From positions 1 through 44,053 of IMG/VR virus record IMGVR_UViG_3300022745_000008: a stretch of DNA of 44,053 nt. One strand, 5' to 3'. Below the pieces are notes generated by a model that saw nothing but the letters and a program-made list of their open reading frames with translations, was not told the origin of the DNA and ran no database searches. The DNA comes from a virus. Shown here one piece after another: positions 1 to 6,959 of this stretch (its first letter is position 1; every line of letters begins with the position of its first letter). A program made the translations under genes and the position numbers.

Positions 1-127
1 AGCACAGGAGAAGCATTGCCGGAAAGGGTTGTGGGTAATTAGTTCTTACCAATTTCATTACTATTCTCGTCGATGAGAGGATCGTAGGCAGGTTCTTCGG
101 GGAAGGTCTCGGTGTCAATTTCGTCTT
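1..127. repeat. Terminal direct repeat, left copy (identical to 43927..44053)
   Basis: Read directly: bases 1-127 match the last 127 bases of the window base for base. The unique unit is therefore 43,926 bp. Confidence 0.95.
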
Positions 128-284
128 CGACAGGGAAGGGTGTGATGTCGTGTTCACCAGAGGGGCCAGAGAGACACTTTTTATTGGTGATGTCGATGAC
201 GTCGCAGTCCTCGGTGTAGCAAGGATCAGGGAGAATGTCGGAGTGGTAGTATTTTTCGGTCTGGGTGTTGAAGATAAGGAACAT
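39..284 (-). CDS. Hypothetical hyper-acidic small protein (81 aa)
   Basis: ATG ORF on the leftward arm with 10 Asp + 10 Glu against 4 Lys and 0 Arg. G-poor leader ACCCACACCCATCATCACCTAT-ATG. No family recognised. Confidence 0.55.
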   Translation of the reverse strand: MFLIFNTQTEKYYHSDILPDPCYTEDCDVIDITNKKCLSGPSGEHDITPFPVEDEIDTETFPEEPAYDPLIDENSNEIGKN

Positions 285-726
285 ATAGGTGATGATGGGT
301 GTGGGTTAAGTGCCCGTCGTTACAGTGACGGAGCCGAGGCTGGGTTTTTTCTTTGGACAGAGACCATTCTGATCTGACTTGCCTTTGCGAGGCTCCTAAC
401 CGGCGTCAGTCTTAACCAGCTTCCGCTTACCGGGAGCCACCACATTGTCAGCAGGTTGCTCAGTCTCTGGAGGATTAAGATTAGTTTAGAAAGCTAATCC
501 TACCCTCAAATCAACACACTGGTCAGGTCGCTCACGCTGTTCCTTGGCTTCCTCGGATTGTTGTGCTGTGAACACTTGATCTGTAAAGCTGTGTGAATCA
601 GTGTCGCATTTCATTTCTGCCTTGGACTTTCGTGCCCTCACTGCAATGTGTTGATTTGAAAGTGCTGGATTCAGTCAGTGATACCAGCTAGCGGAAGCGT
701 TTTCTAGTGATGCTTAGCACAGTGAG
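285..726. other. ORF-free, highly self-complementary intergenic region (candidate structured ncRNA / long structured UTR / origin-like element)
   Basis: No ORF of 60 aa or more in any frame. Perfect 13-bp pairing 506-518/647-659 is nested inside perfect 9-bp pairing 419-427/690-698. Local hairpins at 471-477/495-501, 572-580/597-604 and 664-668/684-688. Strand and function unknown. Confidence 0.4.
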
Positions 727-1374
727 TTAGACCAAACCGCCACCGACAGCAAGCTGGCGATTGAGGTTGATTTCGATCGCGCGAGCAACGCCGAGCTGAG
801 TCCAGCCGCCGAGAGCTTCGAAGTTGTGGCCTGGGTTGAGCGAGGACCAATTGGCAACGAAGGATTCTTCGGTGACGACTTCGCCGTTGGTACCAGCGAG
901 ACCCTGTTCCGCCATGCCGATGATGGAAGCGGCAGCGTCCATGAACTTCTTGGCAGGGGTTTTTTCCTCTTCAGCCTTGGAGACTTCGAAGACGATGGTG
1001 GCACCGATTTCCTGTCCGATGCGCTGATAGTCTTCGGGGGAGATCAGCTTTTCGTCCTGGAGGTAGTCCATGTAGGACTGTTCGGATTCGACTTCGGTGA
1101 CGAGTTCTCCGTTGCGAGCCTTGCGCTGGATGGGGTTCTTGGCAGCGTCGAGCTTGGGGCGACGAGCGATCTTGGTGTGCTCGATCAGGGCTTCAACGAA
1201 GTTCTTGCGGAACTTGTTGTTGATCTTCTGATAGCAGGAGTGACGGATGATCGCGTTGATTAGGTCTGCTTCGGAAGCGATCTGGAGAAAGCCTTCGAGG
1301 GTCGAAGGGACAGTCAGCGGAAACGCGATGCCGAGAGACTTATTGATGACGGTGGTTGTTGCGTAGGATGCCAT
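727..1374 (-). CDS. Hypothetical protein, 215 aa, probably highly expressed
   Basis: ATG ORF with an A/C-rich leader (AACAAAACAAACAAGCAACAAAACCAAACAAA-ATG). No in-phase TTA/CTA/TCA codons across 826-1263, shown by the codon-aligned antisense ORF 826..1263. No family recognised. Confidence 0.75.
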   Translation of the reverse strand: MASYATTTVINKSLGIAFPLTVPSTLEGFLQIASEADLINAIIRHSCYQKINNKFRKNFVEALIEHTKIARRPKLDAAKNPIQRKARNGELVTEVESEQSYMDYLQDEKLISPEDYQRIGQEIGATIVFEVSKAEEEKTPAKKFMDAAASIIGMAEQGLAGTNGEVVTEESFVANWSSLNPGHNFEALGGWTQLGVARAIEINLNRQLAVGGGLV

Positions 1375-1410
1375 TTTGTTTGGTTTTGTTGCTTGTTTGT
1401 TTTGTTAATC

Positions 1411-1496
1411 CCCGAAGGTTTTCGGGAAGGAGGAAAGGTAGCATAACGGGGCAAAAGCGCAAAGGGTTTTTTGGGATGTTTTGCGGTTTTGCTACC
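1411..1496 (-). promoter_or_regulatory. Stem-loops in the leader / intercistronic region upstream of 727..1374
   Basis: Hairpin CCCGAA-GGTT-TTCGGG (1411-1426). A larger hairpin pairs 1451-1463 with 1480-1492 (13 bp, 1 mismatch) and extends by GGTA/TACC (1437-1440/1493-1496). Confidence 0.4.
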
Positions 1497-1515
1497 TTAA
1501 AATGGGTAAAAGGGT

Positions 1516-1914
1516 TTAACCGATTTTGAAAGGGAAGGGTGTGCTGGAAGGGGCTAGCGGAGTGAGGGAGTTGCGGATGGTGTAGAGGAGACGGAGGATG
1601 GAGTCGTTGGCTTTGTGGAGGCCCGCCATAGCGGCGTCGAAGGGGGTGAAGTAGATGTGTTCGAGGGAGGCTTGGAAGGGTGAGGAGAGTTCTTTTACGG
1701 TGACGAGGTAGGAGTAGCGAGAAGCGAGTTGAAAGGGTTCGACGGTGAGGATGGTGAGAACAGAGAGGGATTCTGTAAGGAGGTAGAGTGGGGAGCCGGT
1801 GTGGGTGAGGATGAGATGTTCGCGCTCGCAGTCGGCACAGCGAAAATGTTCGTTGAGGATGGAGGATTGATTGCAGATGGAGCAGGGGGAGCGGGTGGGT
1901 TCGGCGGGGTGCAT
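1516..1914 (-). CDS. Hypothetical protein with N-terminal CxxC...CxxC zinc-ribbon-like motif (132 aa)
   Basis: ATG ORF; N-terminus reads CSICNQ-x11-CADCE. Tightly packed after the helicase gene. Confidence 0.6.
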   Translation of the reverse strand: MHPAEPTRSPCSICNQSSILNEHFRCADCEREHLILTHTGSPLYLLTESLSVLTILTVEPFQLASRYSYLVTVKELSSPFQASLEHIYFTPFDAAMAGLHKANDSILRLLYTIRNSLTPLAPSSTPFPFKIG

Positions 1915-1918
1915 AGGT

Positions 1919-3475
1919 TTATTCGGTGATGTGGATTGAGGTTAGGGTGTATTGAGCGCGGGTGCGAGCGACGTAGATGAGGTTGTTTTCTTGTTGGATG
2001 GCGGTGGGGGTTTTGGCGAGGGGAGAGGGCATCCAGAGGTTTTCACCGAGGATGTAGACTGTTGGCCATTCGAGACCTTTGGATTTGTGGATAGAGGAGA
2101 GGGTTAACTTGGGGGTAGGGTTGTCGGTGGAATCGGAGAAGATGTCTTTGATGTAGGAGAAGAGTTGCTTGAGGGAGGTGGTTTGGAGGCAGCCTTCGAT
2201 AAGGCAGTTGCACTTGTCACGGAGGGTTTCGAGGGCGTAGGGGGAGAGCTTGGAGGATTGTTCGGAGATGTGGCGGGAGAGGAGGGTGGCGAGTTCGGAT
2301 GGTGAGTTGGAGGGGAACTTTTTGGCGAAGAAGATGAGGGAGTTGCCGATGTCGCGCCCTTCCATGCGGCATGGGATTTTTTTGGAGGAGAGTTTGAAGG
2401 CGAGTCGCATGAGAGGGGCATTCTTGCGACAGAGGATGGCGTGAGATTGGAGATCGCAGGGAGGGCCAGTGAATAATAGTTCTTCGAATTTATCGTAGGT
2501 CAAGGAGTTGACAGTTCCTTCGCCGGCGTCGGAGCGCGGGCGGATGTGTGGGACGAGGTGATTGACGTGACGAATGATGGCCTTGTCGCAACGGAAGCAG
2601 GTTGTGAGGGAGAGCTCGGAAGCGGAGAAGCGGGTTTTGATCTTGTCGAGAGAGGCGGAGTCAGCGCCGGTGAAGGCGTAGATGGATTGATGGCGGTCAC
2701 CGACTGCGATGAGGCGGCCAGTGGAGGGTTTAAGAATTCGTGAGATGGCTTCAAGGCGAGAGGCGTTGATGTCCTGGGCTTCGTCAACGAGGACGAAGTC
2801 GTATTGACGAAATGGGTAGGAGTGGTAGAGAGGGAGCGCAATCATGTCGGAGAAGTCGACAGAGGATACGTCGGAGATAGTGGTGTGAAGTAGGTCTTGT
2901 GCGAAGGAGAAGACTTTTGACATGGAAATGTCTTTGTCTTTGAAAGAGATTTCATAGTCGTTGATAAGGGAGCGCCAGTCGTCGAGAGAGGGGATGGCGG
3001 AGTCGGAGAGGGAGAGGCAGAGGCCAGTGTCTTTGGCGAGAGAGACTATTTTGATAATGGAGTTTACGTCGTCGAAGGTAAAGCGGTAGCGCTTGTTGAG
3101 AACGGTGGCCGCGTCGGAGGCTTTGTCTCGATTAACTTGGCAAGGTCCGTGCTTGGATTTATAAGCGTCAAATCCGAATTTATGGACAGTGCCGATGGTG
3201 GTTTTGAGAACTCCGCGTCGGGTAATGCGGGCCTGCATTTCGGGGACGTTCTTGGAATTGAACATCACGAGCGCGATGGTGGCGGAAGGGAAGTGGTGAT
3301 TGATGGCTACGCATTGTTCGACGAGGGTAAAGGATTTACCAGAACCCGCGACGGAGTCGATGACAAGATGGCCGGTGGAGGATTTGATGAAGTTGATGCA
3401 GGCGAGTTGCTCTGGTGTGCAGTTGGGGGAGAGCGGTGGAGGGGTGGGAGTGGGGAGGGAGAGGTCGATGTTCAT
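1919..3475 (-). CDS. SF1 UvrD/PcrA-like DNA helicase (518 aa)
   Basis: Motifs read in translation: Walker A DSVAGSGKSFTL, motif II VLVDEAQD, motif III IAVGDRHQSIYAFTGA, motif V IHKSKGLEWPTVYIL, motif VI YVARTRA. Confidence 0.85.
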   Translation of the reverse strand: MNIDLSLPTPTPPPLSPNCTPEQLACINFIKSSTGHLVIDSVAGSGKSFTLVEQCVAINHHFPSATIALVMFNSKNVPEMQARITRRGVLKTTIGTVHKFGFDAYKSKHGPCQVNRDKASDAATVLNKRYRFTFDDVNSIIKIVSLAKDTGLCLSLSDSAIPSLDDWRSLINDYEISFKDKDISMSKVFSFAQDLLHTTISDVSSVDFSDMIALPLYHSYPFRQYDFVLVDEAQDINASRLEAISRILKPSTGRLIAVGDRHQSIYAFTGADSASLDKIKTRFSASELSLTTCFRCDKAIIRHVNHLVPHIRPRSDAGEGTVNSLTYDKFEELLFTGPPCDLQSHAILCRKNAPLMRLAFKLSSKKIPCRMEGRDIGNSLIFFAKKFPSNSPSELATLLSRHISEQSSKLSPYALETLRDKCNCLIEGCLQTTSLKQLFSYIKDIFSDSTDNPTPKLTLSSIHKSKGLEWPTVYILGENLWMPSPLAKTPTAIQQENNLIYVARTRAQYTLTSIHITE

Positions 3476-3497
3476 AGGATGATCTTTGAAGGTGAGT

Positions 3498-3532
3498 GCC
3501 GCGTGATGGGATTGTAGGTTCCATCACGCGGC
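3498..3532 (-). promoter_or_regulatory. Perfect 12-bp GC-rich stem-loop between genes
   Basis: GCCGCGTGATGG (3498-3509) pairs with CCATCACGCGGC (3521-3532) around an 11-nt loop. It sits 22 nt upstream of the helicase ATG, with no U-tract on either strand. Confidence 0.5.
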
Positions 3533-3542
3533 GGAGTTGAGG

Positions 3543-3857
3543 TTATTCTTCGTCAGAGGTTTCGACTACATCGTCGCTAGTTTCGTAGGATGAATCCGTG
3601 TCTTCGATGATCTTTCCTGCGGCGGGTGGGCGCATGTAAAGGATGAGTGGACGTCTGACGGTGGGAGCTTGTTGTTGGAGTGTGCGCTCTGGATCGTGGA
3701 ATTGATAGAAGCGCACTTCACCTTCGTTGAAATCGACTTCGATTTTTTCGTAGAGAATGCCGTTGTGGAGGATGTTAGAGTATTCTGCAACACCCCAATC
3801 GAAAGAATCGGGTTCGGTGTTGAGAGTAGTGGGGAGAATGGAGGAGATGAATTTCAT
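3543..3857 (-). CDS. Hypothetical protein with acidic C-terminal tail (104 aa)
   Basis: ATG ORF whose start overlaps the stop of 3854..4162. C-terminus reads DTDSSYETSDDVVETSDEE. Confidence 0.6.
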   Translation of the reverse strand: MKFISSILPTTLNTEPDSFDWGVAEYSNILHNGILYEKIEVDFNEGEVRFYQFHDPERTLQQQAPTVRRPLILYMRPPAAGKIIEDTDSSYETSDDVVETSDEE

Positions 3858-4162
3858 GGCAGTGGGAAGTCAAGGGTGGAAAGAAGGCGGTTAGCACGGT
3901 TGATTGTTTTTTGTGAGACAGAGTTGGCAGAGTCGAGAAACTCATGCCACATGAGGTGAGCGGCTTCGCGGGATTCGCAGGTTTGAATGCGATCGAGGAT
4001 GCCGGGACGGCGGTGAATTGCAACTTCATCAAGAACCTTCTGGCGGCGCTTGAGAAACCAGGCTTTATAGCGCTCGTATTGCGCTTGAAGTTCTTGTTGG
4101 AATTTGTCTTGATGGCTCTGCATTTTCTGCAAAAGCTCTTCTTTTGTCGTGTCTGTATTCAT
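3854..4162 (-). CDS. Hypothetical helical protein (102 aa)
   Basis: ATG ORF with A/C-rich leader GAGATAACAACAAATAACATCGACGACA-ATG. Confidence 0.6.
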   Translation of the reverse strand: MNTDTTKEELLQKMQSHQDKFQQELQAQYERYKAWFLKRRQKVLDEVAIHRRPGILDRIQTCESREAAHLMWHEFLDSANSVSQKTINRANRLLSTLDFPLP

Positions 4163-4210
4163 TGTCGTCGATGTTATTTGTTGTTATCTCAAATGGAGCT
4201 ATCTCATCAG

Positions 4211-4249
4211 GAGTGGTTGCTCAAGCCACTCGACCGCCTGGGTGGCGGT
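4211..4249 (-). promoter_or_regulatory. Two adjacent 6-bp stem-loops downstream of 4266..4652
   Basis: GAGTGG/CCACTC (4211-4216/4226-4231) and ACCGCC/GGCGGT (4233-4238/4244-4249). No clear U-tract. Confidence 0.35.
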
Positions 4250-4265
4250 TTCGATTCAATTTGTG

Positions 4266-4652
4266 TTACAAGCATCCTTCTTTTAGGATGGCTTCTCCGA
4301 CTTTGAAGCCGAAGCCGTGGCCGTAGTAGCCATTGTGACAGTTGAATAGGTGGATGAATTTCTCCGCACCGTTTTTCACAATGCGGAAGATTACCATGCC
4401 GCCCGCGTCGAACTCCGATTCACCGTTCACGAGGTGAAAGTAGGTCGTATCAAAATTCCATCCGGGCATTTCTTCCGGCGTGTCATCAAGAGTGTCTTTG
4501 CGGTTGATACACTTCTCGGTCGGCGCGTCCGCGATGAACCAATCAGCATGTTCGCAGCACGATTGGACGGTGTCATATCCGAGCACTACGTTGTTATCAT
4601 CTACGAAGTTAACCTTCGAGGACCAAGTTTCAGTTTTATTGAATATACGCAT
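4266..4652 (-). CDS. Hypothetical phage protein (128 aa), Cys/His-rich with NCHNGYYGHGFGF motif
   Basis: ATG ORF. The sequence looks like a conserved globular domain, but I cannot name the family with confidence. Confidence 0.65.
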   Translation of the reverse strand: MRIFNKTETWSSKVNFVDDNNVVLGYDTVQSCCEHADWFIADAPTEKCINRKDTLDDTPEEMPGWNFDTTYFHLVNGESEFDAGGMVIFRIVKNGAEKFIHLFNCHNGYYGHGFGFKVGEAILKEGCL

Positions 4653-4693
4653 AAGGGTTAGTAGGAGGGTTTTGAATTATGGGTAAGAAGGTT

Positions 4694-5377
4694 TTACACT
4701 CCACAGGAGTTCTTTTCGAGAGTGGAGAGGCGGAGGTGGATGCGGTGGAGTTCTTCGCGAAGGAGGTGGATTTCGGACTTGGGGTTGTCGGCGTAGCGCC
4801 AGCCGATGATAATTGCCGGCGCTGATGAGGGTGGTGAGTCCCATGGGAATAATTTTGCTGGCCGCGAAGGAAGTAATGATTGTTTCTCATCAGCCCACAA
4901 AACATGGACCATGCTCATTCCATCGCACGGCATCGGATCACCGTTGCGGTGCCAAGTCCATTCATGGCGGAGAAGGGTGAATTTAAGAGGGCGACGGGTG
5001 CGGTAAAATTGAGTACTTGGATTAAGTGGTTCACTGCCTGCGATGCTGATTACCTCTTCAAAGGTTTCTCTTGGAAATGCTGTGAAAGAATCGCCAACTT
5101 CCATCACTTCTCCCTTTATTAAGGGCCTCCATCCCTGCGGAAGCATCTCCGCAGTCCAGCCATCTTCGCGGTGCCATTGCATCCCCGGAGGTGGCGGAGG
5201 AAGCTGGAATGGAGGCTTAGGGTCTTTGTAGCCAATGGCGGAGAGGATGTTACGGGCGACGGCAAGGCGAAGCAATTCCTGCGACCGTTGCTCGCCGAAG
5301 TTGTAGCTTACAATGGACAGATTATTAAACGCCGTGTCAGCGATTTCTTGGAGGTTGGATGGGAAGGTGGGGTTCAT
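4694..5377 (-). CDS. Hypothetical protein (227 aa from Met11; ORF extends to 5407)
   Basis: Starting at the ATG at 5375-5377 removes the overlap with 5379..5564. Contains a PPPPP linker. No family recognised. Confidence 0.6.
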   Translation of the reverse strand: MNPTFPSNLQEIADTAFNNLSIVSYNFGEQRSQELLRLAVARNILSAIGYKDPKPPFQLPPPPPGMQWHREDGWTAEMLPQGWRPLIKGEVMEVGDSFTAFPRETFEEVISIAGSEPLNPSTQFYRTRRPLKFTLLRHEWTWHRNGDPMPCDGMSMVHVLWADEKQSLLPSRPAKLFPWDSPPSSAPAIIIGWRYADNPKSEIHLLREELHRIHLRLSTLEKNSCGV

Positions 5378-5378
5378 G

Positions 5379-5564
5379 TTACTGATAGGTTGAGAGGCAG
5401 AGGCCAAATTTAACGAGAAGCATGGCTGCCATTACCGCTACTCCAAACAGGCCAGTTGAGGCTTCTTCGTGGTCTAAAGTTTTATTGGTTAGTATTATTG
5501 AGCATAATACAAAACCAAGGCCAACGGCGGCAACAATGGATAAGGTTGCGTTGATAGGATTCAT
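5379..5564 (-). CDS. Small membrane protein, two hydrophobic helices (61 aa)
   Basis: Hydrophobic stretches LSIVAAVGLGFVLCSIIL and LFGVAVMAAMLLVKFGL. Start is coupled to the upstream small ORF. Confidence 0.5.
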   Translation of the reverse strand: MNPINATLSIVAAVGLGFVLCSIILTNKTLDHEEASTGLFGVAVMAAMLLVKFGLCLSTYQ

Positions 5565-5656
5565 TCGTCAATCTTTCTAAGTTGGGTCATCAAGTTGTGG
5601 CAAGCGTCTTCCTTTCCGTCTTGATCTTGGGATGGGTTGCTTGAAAAAGGGCTCAT
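5561..5656 (-). CDS. Possible 31-aa ORF (MSPFSSNPSQDQDGKEDACHNLMTQLRKIDE), below the ORF-track cutoff
   Basis: Translated by hand. The ATG lies 1 nt after the stop of 5658..6164, and the TGA overlaps the ATG of 5379..5564 (ATGA). It fills an otherwise empty 93-nt gap. Confidence 0.3.
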   Translation of the reverse strand: MSPFSSNPSQDQDGKEDACHNLMTQLRKIDE

Positions 5657-5657
5657 A

Positions 5658-6164
5658 TTACTTCATCAACGCCTCCACAAAGGTTTTCATCAGCACCTTC
5701 CCTTGGGACTTCCTCACAAAATCGGGAATTCCCTCCAACGCGCCGAGCTTGGCTTTTTCAAGCGAGGCTTTCAACCCGCCGGAAAGGAGAATGAGTTTGA
5801 TAATATGTCGCTCTGCTGGGATAAAAAACAACCCACGAATCTGGTGTTGGATCTTCTCAACCTCTGCTGCCTGTCTCGCGGTGAGTTTATCCCAGTCCCA
5901 GGTTTCGACTGCTTCGCGCTTGCCGAGATTCGAGATCGCGCGCATTGCACTTTTAATGGGGACATTCTTATCCCGCGGTGCGAGCTGAGGAATTTCCGGT
6001 GGAATCTGAGAGGAGACTCTTGAATATTCCGCCCATTTCGCTTGAAGCGCTGTCACCGCGATTTTATGCGCAGTGGAATCGGGTTCAAGCGTTGAAATAT
6101 GTGCTCGAATCTCTGAAATCTCCGCCTTGATGCGGGTAAGTGTGGCTTTGGATACTTCGTTCAT
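5658..6164 (-). CDS. Hypothetical protein (168 aa)
   Basis: ATG ORF on the leftward arm. No family recognised. Confidence 0.6.
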   Translation of the reverse strand: MNEVSKATLTRIKAEISEIRAHISTLEPDSTAHKIAVTALQAKWAEYSRVSSQIPPEIPQLAPRDKNVPIKSAMRAISNLGKREAVETWDWDKLTARQAAEVEKIQHQIRGLFFIPAERHIIKLILLSGGLKASLEKAKLGALEGIPDFVRKSQGKVLMKTFVEALMK

Positions 6165-6168
6165 AAAC

Positions 6169-6252
6169 TTAGTCTTTCATTATTTTGTTAACTATCTTCA
6201 CAAAACTCACCACAATAAGTGCAAGTCCTACGATAAAAGCGATAACGTGCAT
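6169..6252 (-). CDS. Possible 27-aa hydrophobic peptide (MHVIAFIVGLALIVVSFVKIVNKIMKD)
   Basis: Translated by hand; a single TM-like stretch. Not on the ORF track because it is under 60 aa. Confidence 0.25.
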   Translation of the reverse strand: MHVIAFIVGLALIVVSFVKIVNKIMKD

Positions 6253-6273
6253 TTGGTTGTGGGGAAAGGGTTT

Positions 6274-6414
6274 TTACCGAGGGCTCAAGGAGAAGATGTT
6301 CCAAAGGACGAACCAGCCGAGGGAGACGGAGGTGGCGAAGCAGAGGAGTTTAGCTCCGAGATAGAGGGTGCGTTTGAAGCAGGAGAGGAGGAGAGTGCGT
6401 TCGGATTTAGACAT
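6274..6414 (-). CDS. Possible 46-aa hydrophobic peptide (MSKSERTLLLSCFKRTLYLGAKLLCFATSVSLGWFVLWNIFSLSPR)
   Basis: Translated by hand. Together with 6169..6252 it fills the gap that the implausible + strand ORF 6073..6507 otherwise occupies. Confidence 0.25.
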   Translation of the reverse strand: MSKSERTLLLSCFKRTLYLGAKLLCFATSVSLGWFVLWNIFSLSPR

Positions 6415-6460
6415 AAAGGACTGGTTTATACGGAGAGCCAGTGTCCGGGTTTTGGGTGGG

Positions 6461-6838
6461 TTAGCTTAGGCGGGAGACGCGACGCTGAGCGGTGGCGAGG
6501 AGTTTGATTGTGGTGGAGAGCAGGGAGCGGAGATGCTGCTCGTCTTTGAGATGCTCGGCGAGTTCTTTGGAATCATGGGGCACGGGAAGCGAGAGGTGAT
6601 GGGCAAGGAGGTTCTCGAGTTTCTCGATTTTAGAGGGGAGAACGATGAGGTTCTCCTTGGCTTCGCGGAGACGCTTGGCTCTACGGCGGGCTTTGTGGGC
6701 GATCTCGGTGGGAGTGAGAGCGCCTGGGATGGGGGAGCCACGAGGCCCGATGGGGGACTCGGAGATTCTTTCGCGGTTGTTAAGGCGGCGGAGGAAGCGG
6801 TTTTGTGCGTGGGTGCGAGTGGATGGGTCGATGGTCAT
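6461..6838 (-). CDS. Hypothetical basic coiled-coil protein (125 aa from the first ATG; TTG-extended ORF runs to 6883)
   Basis: The ATG at 6836-6838 is preceded by the A/C-rich leader CCCCAAAAGCAAACACCAAACATAGCAAT. Arg/Lys-rich. Confidence 0.55.
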   Translation of the reverse strand: MTIDPSTRTHAQNRFLRRLNNRERISESPIGPRGSPIPGALTPTEIAHKARRRAKRLREAKENLIVLPSKIEKLENLLAHHLSLPVPHDSKELAEHLKDEQHLRSLLSTTIKLLATAQRRVSRLS

Positions 6839-6959
6839 ATTGCTATGTTTGGTGTTTGCTTTTGGGGAGCGTTTGCCGCTCAAATTAGTCGGAAAGTTTC
6901 GATTGCTGTGCCGTCGGTGAGGCGGATTGTGAAGATGCCTTTGTCGAAACAGTCAAGGT

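Noticed and set aside
150-377. Plus-strand ORFs 150..377 and 43598..44002 near the window ends, and a hairpin plus T6 (314-350) resembling a + strand terminator
   Set aside because: The ORFs are antisense to better-supported minus-strand genes and have no leader or start context. The hairpin has only a 5-bp stem, and no + strand gene lies upstream for it to terminate, so I treat it as part of the noncoding region.
486-614. 42-codon minus-strand ORF (MKCDTDSHSFTDQVFTAQQSEEAKEQRERPDQCVDLRVGLAF) inside the 285-726 region
   Set aside because: It is short, lacks the G-poor leader typical of this genome, and cuts across the 13-bp helix. I keep it only as an alternative explanation for part of the noncoding region.
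2104-2841. Pro/Ser/Thr-rich alternative-frame ORFs inside real genes (2104..2421, 2500..2841, 39711..40418, 35137..35712, 35965..36492, 13033..13452, 41509..41820)
   Set aside because: They are embedded in genes with unambiguous helicase, ATPase, polymerase, collagen or nuclease motifs. Their composition is typical of off-frame translation of moderately GC-rich coding sequence.
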